Of a DNA stretch of 64,000 bases, positions 25,849 through 40,200 are shown piece after piece. The position numbers and the translations under genes were made by a program. The DNA is taken from assembly GCA_951406725.2 (NCBI GenBank), contig OX597816.1, forward strand, positions 176,824,001 through 176,888,000, written 5' to 3'. A model generated the notes under the pieces. The model saw only the letters and a program-made list of their open reading frames with translations. It was not told the DNA's origin and did no database searches. Position 1 is the first letter of the stretch. Every line of letters starts with the position of its first letter. This DNA comes from Octopus vulgaris (Eukaryota).

Positions 25849-26441
25849 AATCGAATCGTATCAAATCAAATCGAACCAAATCAAAATAGATGAACATCAA
25901 TGGAATTTGTATCCTTGTGGAAAACCAGTGCCGTGTGGCACATAAGAAAACCATCCGAACGTGACCGTCGCCAGTACCGCAATGACTGGCCTCCGTGTTG
26001 AGTGGCACGTAACAAACACCATCCGAGCGTGGGCCGTCCGCCAGCCTCGCTCTAGCACCTGTGTCGGTGACACATAAGAAAACACCATCCGAGCGTGGCC
26101 GTCTGCCAGCCTCGCCTGGCACCTGTGTCGGTGGCACATAAAAAAAACACCATCCGGAAGCGTGGCCGTCTCGTCAGCCTCGTCTGGCACCTGTGTCGGT
26201 GGCACATAAAAAACACCATCCGAGCGTGGCCGTCTGCCAGCCTCGTCTGGCACCTGTGTCGGTGGCACATAAAAAACACCATCCGAGCGGTGGCCGCCTG
26301 CCAGCCCCGTCTGGCACCTGTGTCGGTGGCACATAAAAAACACCATCCGAGCGTGGCCGTCTGCCATATGGCACATAAAATATACACTCTCGGATATATA
26401 TAATATATATATATAATATGGAAAGCGGACGTTAAACGATG

Positions 26442-26445
<4 letters not shown>
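25849..26445 (+). repeat. RTE 3'-UTR-derived element with ~7 tandem units (noisy, gap-adjacent)
   Basis: Same unit as 23585-23770 with many indels; followed by (TA)n at 26445-26980. Confidence 0.75.
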
Positions 26446-26510
<65 letters not shown>

Positions 26511-26595
26511 ATATATATATATATATATATATAATATATATATATAATATATATATATAATATATATATATAATATATATATAATATATATATAT

Positions 26596-26657
<62 letters not shown>

Positions 26658-26662
26658 TATAT

Positions 26663-26825
<163 letters not shown>

Positions 26826-26838
26826 ATATACATATAAT

Positions 26839-26985
<147 letters not shown>

Positions 26986-27805
26986 GGGCCTCCCTTTGGT
27001 CATGAATGACCATAGGATTGCACCTAGAAAGTTACCCTCTGAGGCACAAGTCTGGGCAAGGTTGTTTATGGAAGACCAGCAGTCGCCCATGCATACCAGC
27101 CTTCCATCGATGTTATCCTAGGGAAAGGCAAAGGGGACGATACAGCTTGGCACCAGTGGAGTCGCAACTCATTTCTACAGCTGAGGGAACTGGAGCAATG
27201 TGAAATAAAGTGTTTTGCTCAAAAACACAACATGCAGCCCAGTTCGGGATTCGAACTCACAACCTCACGGTCGTAAGTTCGGTGCTCTAACCAGTGAGCC
27301 ACATATATATATATATACATTTGTGTGTGTGTGTGTTTGCTAGTGTCTGTTTTTCCTTTAGTTTTTATTTACTTATACACTTCAACAAATGAGCCAATAA
27401 GATACTCTCTGTGTGGTTGTTCAATTTGCTAGAAATAGTAGCCAAATCTCCCTCATACTATGCACTTCTTAGTATTAAGGAAAGAGAAAATGTTTACTCC
27501 TCTCCATCATTATGATTAAAATCAATATTTTTGATTTTGTTCACCTCTATGAATATAATAGTTTATTTATGCTTTATATAACATCATTGTCATTTGATTC
27601 AACTTAAAAAAAATATTTAAAGATAGCATGTATTTAAATTAATTTTAAATAATTTTCAGATGATTGAAGCTAAGATTTTTAACTATTAATTGATTTAACT
27701 AATATGAAAGCAAAAAAAAAAAAAAGCAGAACAAAAATTGGAGCTGTTGATAAAAACCCTTATTTCCAGGTGTAATATGAAGTGTAAATTTTTATTATAT
27801 TACAG

Positions 27806-27920
27806 GTTGGTTTGTGCTTGAATTTACGAAATCTTCCTTGGTATGACGAAACAGATCCACACACATTTTTTCCTCGTTGTTACCTACTCTGTCATAGTGA
27901 AGAAAAACAAGAATTTATTG
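27806..27920 (+). CDS. TTLL3: TTLL3/TTLL8-like tubulin glycylase exon
   Basis: TACAG|...|GTAAAT. Translates [38 protein letters not shown], the hallmark TTLL3 '[12 protein letters not shown]...FFPRCY' motif; phase 0 start fits the previous exon. Confidence 0.93.
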
Positions 27921-27965
27921 GTAAATATTTAAACATCATATTAGAATATGTTGTTTTTTGTCATG

Positions 27966-29008
27966 TGAGGGTGGGCTGAAAAGTTCATAGGCTGACGATG
28001 AAAGAGTGATGTTAGAACTGTGAAATCTTACATGGATTAATTTCAGCTCTCCTTATGAATAACTGCATTATCTCTTTCCAGGTAAACTGACATCTCACTG
28101 CTCAAAGAACACTTCAAATATAACTAGTAGCAACTTCTCTTGAAAACGGACAAAATTTAGCATTGTGATGTTATCAAGTACCTGCAGAAAAAAGGGCTTA
28201 GCCCTGCAGTGACATTCATGCTGATATGCTTGTTACATTAGGAAATGATGCTCCAGCTTTATCAACTGTGCAAAAGTGGGAAGCTGGATTTAGGAGGGGA
28301 AGGGAGAGTCTTGAAGATGACCCAAGGTCTCAATTTCCTGAAACTGCCACCACCAAGGAAAATATTGATTGTGTTCACCACATGCAGATGGATGACAGGT
28401 GATTGACTATAAATCCAATAGCCAATGCTATTAGCATATCCTGTGAGAGAGTTGAGAATATTCTGCACAATGAACCTGCATGATGAAAGTTTTGGCGATG
28501 CAAAAGACATTGTGTTTACTGACTGTTTTCGAAAGGGCCACAAGATCAATGGATAGTCCTATGCCAACTTGCTGAAGCAATTACAAAAGACTATCAAGAC
28601 TAAATGTCCGGGAAAACTGATGAAAAGGGTCTTGTTTCACCAGGACAATGCTCCAGCGCAGACGTCCTTGCTTTGAATGGCTGATGTGGATAAGTGTGAC
28701 TTTGCGTTGATTGATCACCCTACTCCCTAACCCCCTGATTTGGCCCCTATCTAACTATCATCTGTTCCCCAACATGGAAAGATACTTAGCTGGGAACCAG
28801 TCTCGCTGTGATGATAACATCATGTCTGCCGTGGATGACTTTTTTTACTAACAGGATGAAAGCTTTTCCACCAGTGGGATCCAAGCATTGCATCGCTGGT
28901 GAGAGGAATGTGTGGACTATGAGGGAGACTAGATTGAAAAATAAAGTTCATTTGGTCACATTTCATGAGAGTGTGTTAGTCAGCCTATGAACTTTTCAGT
29001 AGTTCTCT
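27966..29008 (+). mobile_element. Decayed mariner DNA transposon (second family)
   Basis: TIRs TGAGGGTGGGCTGAAAAGTTCATAGGCTGAC / GTCAGCCTATGAACTTTTCAG. Relic transposase motifs (LEDDPRS, LFHQDNAP, HPxP.PDLAPxxYHLFP) with stops. Confidence 0.82.
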
Positions 29009-29225
29009 TAGTAAATTTACTCTTAGTAAATTTTTAAAAGTCTCTCAAAAGAATTTTGTATTTTCTTTAACAGACATCAGCATTCATCAGCAAATATTTT
29101 ATTTGCTGAATCCTGTAAACAAGAGCCTCAAAAATCTTTTAGATTCATTGGTCTGGAATAGCTTTGGCTGAGAGGCATACAACAAGGTCAAAACATCATT
29201 GTCCCAAAGTACCCTTAACCCTATT

Positions 29226-29642
29226 ACTCTTTACTCTTTTACTCTTTTACTTGTTTCAGTCATTTGACTGCGGCCATGCTGGAGCACCGCCTTTAGTCGA
29301 GCAAATCAACCCCGGGACTTATTCTTTGTAAGCCCAGTACTTATTCTATCGGTCTCTTTTGCCGAACCGCTAAGTGACGGGGACGTAAACACACCAGCAT
29401 CGGTTGTCAAGCAATGCTGGGGGGACAAACACAGACACACAAACATATACACACACTTATATATATATACATATATACGACGGGCTTCTTTCAGTTTCCG
29501 TCTACCAAATCCACTCACAAGGCATTGGTCGGCCCGGGCTATAGCAGAAGACACTTGCCCAAGATGCCACGCAGTGGGACTGAACCCGGAACCATGTGGT
29601 TGGTTAGCAAGCTACTTACCACACAGCCACTCCTGCGCCTAT
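29226..29642 (-). mobile_element. tRNA-derived SINE, major family (similar copies ~30530-30935 +, 31413-32012 -, 32770-33170 -, 34926-35366 -, 36020-36380 +, 47098-47492 -, 59745-60125 +)
   Basis: Minus-strand head GGCGCAGGAGTGGCTGTGTGGTAAG...GGTTCAGTCCC (A/B boxes), central CCTTGTGAGTGGATTTGGTAGACGGAAACTG, internal TA/CA microsatellite, 3' GGCGGTGCTCCAGCATGGCCGCAGTCAAATGACTGAAAC with a (GAGTAAAA)n tail. Confidence 0.85.
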
Positions 29643-31230
29643 GAATCAAGTTTGTTATGAAGACACATTCATTTAAAGGTGGTTTTTCTCCGATGATAAA
29701 ACACAATGGCAATTAACACATGTTCGAATCTTCTAGAACATATTAAGAATGAATGTGGATCATTCTCATGAAAGTTAAAACAGATTTTCAAAAATTTCTA
29801 GAATGTCCAGAAAAATCACTATACACCTATAAAGGTATGTTGAAATGGTTCATATATGGACAACTATATTGATACTGGGACATTTTCTTCCAGATCTACT
29901 CTGTTTGGAAGACAGAAAATATTTATCTTGAAAATGCCACACCTATTTTCGTCATGCAGGTCACTCCAGGTAAATGAGAATTGTTACCACAAACATTAAT
30001 GTTGAGCAAAGATATTAGCATTGTTTTAATTCAAAGTTTAATGTAAATAAACATCATGAAGCATTTTTGGCTGCTCTGGAGAGATTCAGAGGAATTCACA
30101 GTTAATATTTTCAGGCGAAGCAAGATATTTTGTGCAATGTCACATATATCATATGCTTTGGGTCCTCTTCAAAAAATTCAGCATACATTCTTGGTAAAAA
30201 ATGTTTTGCCCGGGCAGTCAAAGTTTATTCCAAAAAACAAATCAGTACAATTCTTGTAAATGATCAAGATTTACAACATGTGTCTGACTGTCATGTACAT
30301 CACATGAGAATGGTCCATATGTATGTCATTACATGAATTATTGCCACCATAGATTATTTGTCATCTGACATTAATGATAAATACAGACACTAATATATAT
30401 ATATCATCATCATCATCGTTTAACGTCCCTTTTCCATGCTATCATGGGTTGGATAGTTTGACAGGAGCTGTCCAGGTAGAAGACTATATATATAATCGCG
30501 AGTAGAAATATAGAAAATTTAATTGCTTTAAGGTGCAGCATGAGTGGCTGTGTGGTAAGAAGCTTGCTTCCCAACCACATAGTTCCAGGTTCAGTCCCAC
30601 TGCATGGCACCTTGGGCAAATGTCTTCTACAATAGCCTTGGGCCGACCAAAGCCTTGTGAGTGGATTTGGTAGACGGAAACAGTTATATATATATATATA
30701 AAATGATGTGTATATGTTTATCTCTTTGTGTCTGTGTTTGTTCCCTACCACCACTTGACAACTAGTGTTGGTGTGTTTGTGTCCCCTAACGTAGTGATTC
30801 AGCAAAAGACGCTGATAGAATAATGGTACCAGGCTTAGAAAAAAATAAGTCCTGAAGTCAATTTGTTTGGCAAAAGACCTTCAAGGTGATGCTCCAGCAT
30901 GGCTGCAGTCAAATGAATGAAACAAGTGAAAGAAAAGATTGTTGTTGTTAACTCTGATTGAGCAGCTGTAAGCAACTTGCTTCTGTTTTTGTCTATCTAG
31001 AACTGCAGTGGCCATTTTGTAAGCTAGTAGGGTGTAATATGAAGAGACTTGGCTACCTTTTCTTGCAATTTGGGCAAGTATGTAAAGGCTCCCTCAACTT
31101 GTTAATAATGAACATAACTTATATTTGTGGGATTCAAATACTAGTTAAGAAGTAACCAATTGCAATCTAGTATCTGTGTTTTAAGACAGATCAACCATCC
31201 ATCATCTTGCTGTATGTATGTGTGTGTGTG

Positions 31231-31282
<52 letters not shown>

Positions 31283-32969
31283 CATACACGCACACACTTG
31301 GAAACAGGTGAGGGTTGGCGACAGGAAGGGCTTTTGGCTGTAGAAAATCCACCTCAATGATTTCCATCCAAACCATGCGAGCATAGAAAGGTGCATGCTA
31401 AAATGATGATATACTCTTTACTCTTTTACTTGTTTCAGTCATTTGACTGCGGCCATGCTGGAGCACCGCCTTTTGTCGAGCAAATCGACCCCAAGACTTA
31501 TTCTTTGTAAGCCCAGTACTTATTCTATGGGTCTCTTTTGCCGAACCGCTAAGTTACGGAGGACATAAACACACCAGCATCGGTTGTCAAGCAATGCTAG
31601 GGGGACGAACACAGACACACACATATACACATATATATATACATATATACTCTCTTTACTCTTTTACTCTTTTACTTGTTTCAGTCATTTTGACTGCGGC
31701 CATGCTGGAGCACCGCCTTTAGTACTTATTCTATCGGTCTCTTTTGCCGAACCGCTAAGTAACGGGGACATAAGCACACCAGCATCGGTTGTCAAGCAAT
31801 GCTAGGGGGACAAACACAAACACACACACACACATACATATATATACATATATACGACAGGCTTCTTTCAGTTTCCGTCTACCAAATCCACTCACAAGGC
31901 ATTGGTCGGCCCAGGGCTATAGCAGAAGACACTTGCCCAAGATGCCACGCAGTGGGACTGAACCCGGAACCATGTGGTTGGTTAGCAAGCTACTTACCAC
32001 ACAGCCACTCCTATATATTTATAGCTAGAAATTTTAGTAATATGGGTGTAAACACTTTGCTTTTATCTTTTACTTGTTTCAGCCATTAGACTGTGGTCAT
32101 GCTGGGGCACTGCCTCAAATGAATCAACCCCAGGACTTAACTTTTTTTGTTTTATTTAAGCCTGGTACTTATTCCACCAATCACATTTGCCGAACCACTT
32201 AGTTACAGGGAGATAAACACATCAACACCGGTTGTTAAGCAGTGGTGGGCCACAAACTCAGATGCAAAGACACACACACATACACATACATGCATACATA
32301 TATATATATATATATGAGGGGCTTCTTTCAGTTTTCATCTACCACATCCACTCACAAGGTGCCACACACTGGAGCTGAACCTGGAACCATGTTGTAGTGA
32401 AGCAAACTTCTTACCACACAGCTGTGGTAAGAGTTTCACTCAGATGAAATTTCAATGCAAGTTGGAAACTAGTCTGGCCGTGTCCTCTTTTCCTGTTCAC
32501 AAAAATATTGTCCTAAAAGTCAAGGAGATGACATCTGTCTGTCACCTATGATGGCTAAAATCTGTAGATTTATTCTGTAGTACAGAGTAGCACAAAAACA
32601 CTTTTAATGTCCTCTCAATTTATTAAGATAGGTGGAGGTATGACTGTGTGGATAAAGTATGAGCAGAGTTGTGTGGGTAAGGAGTTGTTTGCTGTATAAA
32701 ACAAAAAAGAAAACCAAAAAAGTGAAGCCCATATGGAAGATGGACGTTAAGCAATGATGATGATATATTCTTTTATTCTTTTCAGTCATTTTACTGTGCT
32801 CCATGCTGGAGCACTGTCTTGAAGGATTTTAGTCAGATAAATCAACCCTCAGTCTTATTTTTTAAGTCTAGTACTTATCCTGTTAGTCTCTTTTGCTGAA
32901 CTGCTAAATTACAGGGATGTAAACACAACAACACCAGTTGTCAAGCGGTGAGGGGGGAATAAATAGACC

Positions 32970-33009
<40 letters not shown>

Positions 33010-33471
33010 CAGGCTTCTTTTAGGTTCTGTCTACCAAATCTACTTGCAAAGCTTTGGTTGGCCTGAGGGCATAGCAGAAGACTCTTGCCTAAGGTGTCAC
33101 ACAGTGGCACTGAACCCAGAACCATGTGGATGGGAAGCAAGCTTCTTACCACACAACCATGCCTGCACCTCAGTGTGTGTGTGAATGTTGACATTCCACA
33201 TCTTTGCCTGTTACTGATGTGATATTTATATTCCTTGTTGGCATTACAACTTGTTGCTCTGAGCTTTCAAAATCCAGTGGAATAAGGAGACCCCTTTCTT
33301 GAATAGCTTTTAAGTGTTGGCAACAAGAAAGACATTTGGCCATAAAATGCTGTGTCAAAGTAGTCTTTGTTCAACCTATACCAGCATGGTAAAATAGATG
33401 TAAAATCAATGACTGAACAACAGTTGAAATCAGAATAGTAACTTTGTAAAATTTAATCTCTCTCATTTCAG

Positions 33472-33648
33472 ATGACTTCAATCTTACTGCCTGTACAAGT
33501 ATTTTAAAAATTGTCCTTGAGGCATACTATTCAGCTTCTAGAAGATACAACAAGAAATACAATGAAGAGATTGGCAAAATCATTGCAGTCGATAGAAGAG
33601 AGGAAACTGAAAATCTTAATTTCGGAGAAAAATCAGAAAAAAAAGATC
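33472..33648 (+). CDS. TTLL3: TTLL3/TTLL8-like tubulin glycylase exon
   Basis: TTTCAG|...|GTAAGT, phase 1. Reads (D)DFNLTACTSILKIVLEAYYSASRRYNKKYNEEIGKIIAVDRREETENLNFGEKSEKKD, the 'DFxLTA..ILK' motif of TTLL3/8. Not the frame given in the ORF track. Confidence 0.88.
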
Positions 33649-33660
33649 GTAAGTAGATTT

Positions 33661-34205
33661 CATCATCATCATTTAATGTCCGTTTTCCGTGCTAGCAAGG
33701 GTTGGACGGTTCGACCAGGGTCTGGGAAGCCAGGAGGCTGCACCAGGCTCCAGTCTGATCTGGCAGTGTTTCTACAGCTTGATGCCCTTCCTAACGCCAA
33801 CCACTCTGTGAGTGTAGTGGGTGCTTTTACGTGCCACCGGCACAGAAGCCAGTCAAGGCGGCGCTGGCATCTGTCACGTTCGGATGGTGCTTTTTACGTG
33901 TCACCGGCACAGAAGCCAGTCAAGGCGGCGCTGGCATCTGTCACGTTCGGATGGTGCTTTTTACGTGTCACCGGCACAGAAGCCAGTCAAGGCGGCGCTG
34001 GCATCTGTCACGTTCGGATGGTGCTTTTTACGTGTCACCAGCACAGAAGCCAGTCAAGGTGGCGCTGGCATCTGTCACGTTCGGATGGTGCTTTTTACGT
34101 GTCACCGGCACAGAAGCCAGTCAAGGTGGCGCTGGCATCTGTCACGTTCGGATGGTGCTTTTTACTTGTCACCGACACAGAAGCCAGTCAAGGTGACGCT
34201 GGCCA
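33661..34205 (-). repeat. RTE 3'-UTR-derived element with ~6 homogenised 67-bp units, immediately after a TTLL donor site
   Basis: Unit GGCACAGAAGCCAGTCAAGGCGGCGCTGGCATCTGTCACGTTCGGATGGTGCTTTTTACGTGTCACC, period 67. Confidence 0.85.
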
Positions 34206-35151
34206 ATAACTAGAATTGTTAGTTATTTATCAAATAACTAGAATTGTTTTAATTAGTAGTTTGAGAGATTATTATCTTGATTGAGGGTTAAACACAAGAT
34301 TATATTTGTAGGGAGGTGTAAATTTGATTGAACTGATCCCAAGCTTCTTGTTAATTCCTATTATATCAGCTGGTGCTCCATTGGTTGCGATGACGAGGAT
34401 TCCAGTTGATCCAATTGATAGAACAGCCTGCTCGTGAAATTGACATGCATGTAGCTGAGCATTCCATTTGATTACTGGACTGGGCTGTGTGTTGTGTTCT
34501 TGAGCAAGAAACTTTATTTCATGTTGATCCAGTTTACTCAGCTGTAGAAATGAGTTGTGACATCCACTGGTGCCAAGCTGTATTGGCCCCTTTGCTTTTC
34601 CTTTGGATAACATTGGTGGCATGGAGAGGAGAGGCTGGTGTGCATGGGTGACTGCTGTTCTTCCATTAACAACTTTGCCCAGGCTTGTGCCTCGGAGGGG
34701 AACTTTCTAGTCGCATCCCATGGTCATTCATGACCAAAGGGAGTCTTTACCATTTAAGATGTTACTTAAAGGAGAGTTCGTTGCTATTTCTAACAGTTCA
34801 ATTAACCACATAGAATCTTCTTCATTGGTTTATTTTTGCTATGTAGCCCCTGTGTCAGCTCTAATCAGACAAACTTATGTCTTCCCAACCAACATCATCC
34901 CACTTTTTTCTCTCCATTATCTAATACTCTTTACTCTTTACTCTCTTTTACTTGTTTCAGTCATTTGACTGCGGCCATGCTGGAGCACCGCCTTTAGTCG
35001 AGCAAATTGACCCCGGGACTTATTCTTTGTAAGCCCAGTACTTATTCTATCGGTCTCTTTTGCCGAACCGCTAAGTGACGGGGACATAAACACACCAGCA
35101 TCAGTTGTCAAGCAATGCTAGGGGGACAAACACAAACACTCAAAGACACAC

Positions 35152-35198
<47 letters not shown>

Positions 35199-37299
35199 TA
35201 CGACAGGCTCCTTTCAGTTTCCGTCTACCAAATCCACTCACAAGGCATTGGTCGGCCTGGGCCTATAGTAGAAGACACTTGCCCAAGATGCCACGCAGTG
35301 GGACTGAACCCGGAACCATGTGGTTGGTTAGCAAGCTACTTACCACACAGCCACTCCTGCGCCTATAGTAATGCATACTTTTCTTTTAAAGATAGTAGGA
35401 GATTTGAAGAAGATTTGTAATAAAGTTGGGTGATGTAACTGTGTGATGTTCATGTTACTACGTGATATGTTTAGGTCTCGTCACAGAAACTGTGCAAGCC
35501 AATCGGTGAAGGCCTAAGTTACATGTTGGTGTCATCAGTATGGGAAATGTTAAGCAGGAATGACAGGTGATATTGTTGCCATAGAATTGTGTGTTGTTAG
35601 ATATATTGTCAATTTTGTTAATGTTCAGAAGGAAAGAAAGAAATGATCTAGCTGAATCTTGTATTAAATAGAAAGTTGGATAAAGAAAGCTTCATTGATG
35701 CTCACTGATTCAAAGAATGAGAGATGAGTGGAGGCACTTGAATAGGTAACTTAGCTAGTTGTTTTTTATACCAGTTGTAGGATTTGCTATTGTCACCATA
35801 AAAACATTGATTTCTCTGAGGGCCTGAAAGGTGAGAAGCTACAGGTATATAGGTATCTAACTTGGTCACTGTGATTGGAAAGCGACTCCATGTGACAGTC
35901 TCTATTAACTCTGAGATGTTGAAAATAAAGGAGATCAATTTTGTAGGGGAAAGGCTCATACAAATTTATTGTTTTATAGTATTGTGTTATTGTTTTTGAT
36001 TGCTGACATATTTTTTATATAGCATGGCTATGTGGTGAGGAGTTTGTTTCTCTACCACGTGGTTTTGAGTTCAGTCCCACTGTGCGGCACCTTGGGCAAG
36101 TATCTTCTACTGTAGCCTCAGATCAACCAAAGCCTTGTGAGTGGATTTGGTAGATGGAAACTGAAAGAAGCCCATACAATATAAATGTGTGTGTCTACCA
36201 CCACTGCTTGGAAATTGATGTTGGCCTGTTAATGTCCCCATAACTTAGTGGTTCAAAAACACATTGATAGAATATGTACCAGGCATTAAAAAAAAAAGCT
36301 CTGGAGTCAATTTTTTGACTAAACCCTTCAAAATGGTGCACCACTATGGCTACAGGCCAATGAGTGGAATAAATAAAAGATATGTATATTTTATACACAT
36401 ACTCACACATGCACACATGCAGGCATGCATATGTACACACACATTTGGTTGTTTCTTCTTTAATCAAGGTTTTCTCATGGTGTGGTGTTATGGATTTGTG
36501 GTCTCTGAATAGATTCCTTATTGTTTTGTCATAAAGACCAACAGTATCTATGACTTACAGCTTTGCTACCACTATTTTTTAAGTCTTTCTATTTTGAAAA
36601 CTCGGCTTCTTTCATATTCTGTATGTAACAATAATGTATTAAATAGACATGAAGCTTTAGATTCAGATTTTTGCCCTTGGTGAGTAAGTAGAGGAATGCT
36701 AACAGAGAACTGAAGCCGAATATTTATTGTAGCACAATGGCATGCACAATAATGATGATAATAATAATAATAATGAAGTGATGTATTTTAACTGTGTATC
36801 ATCTCCATCACTCGCACAACACATGTAAACACGCTCACCACATTATGATCCAACCAACATCAGACCATTTCCATCCTCAACCGCCATGTACAGAAAAAAA
36901 TGAAAAATAAATAATACCTGTATTATTCAACCCAAGGATAACAAATGGGAAATGCATACTTTAAACTTGTTATACTAAAAGTATGAAAAACTACTTGTGC
37001 AAAACCATTTTACCCTAGAAATGAATGGACCGGTACCCTATGAAAATGATGACCATCAAAACAGAGGGCCAGATGTTATTCTTCATGTCCTGCAAATAAA
37101 ATTGAAAAAACATGTGAGGAATATATTTCAGTCATATATGCTTATTTTACATTGAAGCTCTACCCACAGAATGAAAACACAACACAACATATACATATAA
37201 AATCTGGAAGAAAAATAATCTAAATTATGATTTGGATACAGCATTGAACCCTTAATAAACTAGCTAACATACGGAGATATAATCTCAAAGCAAAAAAAT

Positions 37300-40200
37300 A
37301 TCAGAAATAGAAATAGAATGCTTAAACGAAAAAATTCATAGTAAAACGTAGATAGTAACCACACAGCAATGCCAAATAATGTCAGAAGTAATGGGACTGT
37401 AAAACACAAAGACAGACGTAACATGTCCAACAAAAATGAAGTGAACAACAAAAGACAACAAACCCTGATCAGAGGAATGTCTAAGGATGAGCAAAAGGCG
37501 CCAAACAAGAACACCACAGACACAAATATGAATGGGAGGCAATATGAAACAAATCTAAAATCTGGAAAGAGCAAAGGTGAAACTAATGATTATAATATTC
37601 TGCAAATGAGCATAATCAAAGAATTGAAAGCCACAGATCTCAGTATGGACCACTGATTATACCTCCCCAAAATTAAAATTGATGATAAATAGCATGAACC
37701 TGGCCGTCACAGAACTAATAGCCACAGAAACAAATGTCAGTATGACCAGGCTAAATGATATAATATATGCAGCAGCCTCTGTGGACACAAAAAAAGCTGG
37801 ATACCCTCTAAAACCCATCCAAATAGGAGCATCACCACCCAAACAAACCCTATGGGTAAATAATATCCAGAAAAAATAGAAAAGAAAAGAAAAGATCTAT
37901 CAATCCTTAATGAAACTAGTAGACAATCAACACTACTAAGCAACAGTAAGGGAAGATAAATGCTACATAAATTACAAAATTACAGAGCAAGGTATACCTG
38001 AAGTAAAAGAACAACTAAAGCAAGATGTCCTTGCCAAAGCACAAAGAATCTAACGGTATGAGAAATGCCAACATTTCTTTGAACAAAACAAACAGTTCAA
38101 CTCCAACCCCAAAGATTCTACCAAGAACTTGGCAAAAATAAAATAAAAATCAGTACAGCACCAATAGCAGAAGAAGTGGAAGAATTTTGGAAAGAAATAT
38201 GGTTGGTGAAGGAACAACCTCAGCAAAGACATATCGAAAGAACAGACACAGCACCTGAACAACTCTGGACCCCTGCAACAACTGAACTGCAATAATATCG
38301 CAGAGAATGAGCAAACAACTTGAAGAAAACAATCTGTTTCCAGAAGAGTAGAAGGGATGCTGCAAGGGCTCATATGGCTGTAAAGATCAGCTACTGATCA
38401 ATAAAGCCATAACTGAAGACAGCTGCAGAAAGAAGGTCTAAGTATGGCCTGGATCAATTACTCAAAGGCTTTTGATAGTATTCCTCACACATGTATCCTA
38501 GAAATACAAGCCATGAACAAGGTAGCACCAATAATCATAAGATATATAAAACATTCCATGAATAAATGGCAGACAGTACTACAGCTCTAGACAAAAGAGG
38601 GACTCATAAAAACCGAAGCCATTAGAAGAGGAATATTCCAGGAAGACGTGCTTTCTCCACTCCTATTCTTCTTGGCACTGACACCTTTCTCTGACATGCT
38701 AAACAGAACTGGATGTAGATACAATTGTCACGTCAAAACAACCAGCCGCCTCTTATATATGGATGATCTAAAACTGTACCCTACAAATGATAAACATCTG
38801 GAGACATTACTACAGACAGTACATAGATTTACCAAAAAATAAGCATGAAATTTGGCTTAGAAAAATGTGTCAAAGCAACCTTGAAAAGAGGAAAACTAGT
38901 TAAGAGTAGTAACATCACACTAGATAAAGCTAATGGAATATGAAAATTAGACCAAATACTTAGGAATCAATGAACTAGATATGATACAACACACAAATGA
39001 AAGAGAAGATAAGAAAAGAATGCTATAGATGAGTTACATTAATTCTGAAAACAGAGCTCAATACAAAAAACAAGATAATAGGTATCAGCACTCTAGACAT
39101 CCCAGCTTCAGTATTCTTAACTGGACTCTAAATGAACTAATCAGAATAGACAGGAAAATAAGAAAAATAATAACAGGAATTAGGATGCACCACCCAAAAT
39201 CCGACAACATATCAAAGATGGTAAAGGCCTTATGCAGCTTGAAAACTATTACAAAATAACCACCATAGGACTACAGAAATACCAACTTCAGAAGCAAGGA
39301 AAACTAATACAAATAACTACAAAACATGAACAAAACAAAAAACTGTTTTCAGTCTTTAAGGAAACTGACAAATACAAAAAAGAAGTCATAGTATCTAACA
39401 ACTATGAAGAAAAAGAAGAAACAACAAAAGCTGTAAAACAACTGAAATCCAAACTAAAACTGGGACAACAATGGATCCTGAGAAAATGATGTCAAGTTAT
39501 AAGTTACAGCTACACTATCCTTAACTGGACACTAAATGAACTGACCAAAATAGATAGGAAAACAAGAAAAATAATGACAGGATCTAGGATGCGTCACCCA
39601 AAATCTGACATAGAAAGGCTATATATACAACGTATAGAAGGTGGTAGAGGACTTATACAGCTGGAAAACTACTATAAAATAACCACCATAGGACTGCAAA
39701 AATATTTACTTCAGAAGGAAGGAAAAATGATACAAATAGCAGCAAAACACGAGCAAAACAAAAAACTGTTCTCAGTATTTAAGGAAGCTGACAAATACAA
39801 ACAAGAAATCATACCACCTAACAAATATGAAGAAGAAGAAGAAGAAGAAACAACAAAAGCTATAAAACAAATGAAATCCAAACTAAAAATAGAACAGCAA
39901 CGAACCATGATAAAACGATGGCAAGAAAACCCCCTTCATGGCAAATAGTGGGTTAAACTAAATGCAAAAGAAATAGACAAAGCAAAATCCCAGCAATGGT
40001 TGAGAAGCTCAGGACTCAAAGCAGAGACTGAAGGATTTTTAATTGCAGCACAAGACCAAAGCCTCCCCACCAGAAATTTCCGAAAACATATAATGAAAAG
40101 AAACATAACACGTAACTGCAGAATATGTGGAGATGGAGAAGAAACAATAAATCATATTGTCTCTGGCTGCCCAGTCTTGGCTAAGAAGGAATATATTCAC

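Noticed and set aside
33511-34213. ORF-track proteins overlapping the TTLL exon and repeat
   Set aside because: Wrong frame over the exon and read-through into the RTE-derived tandem repeat.
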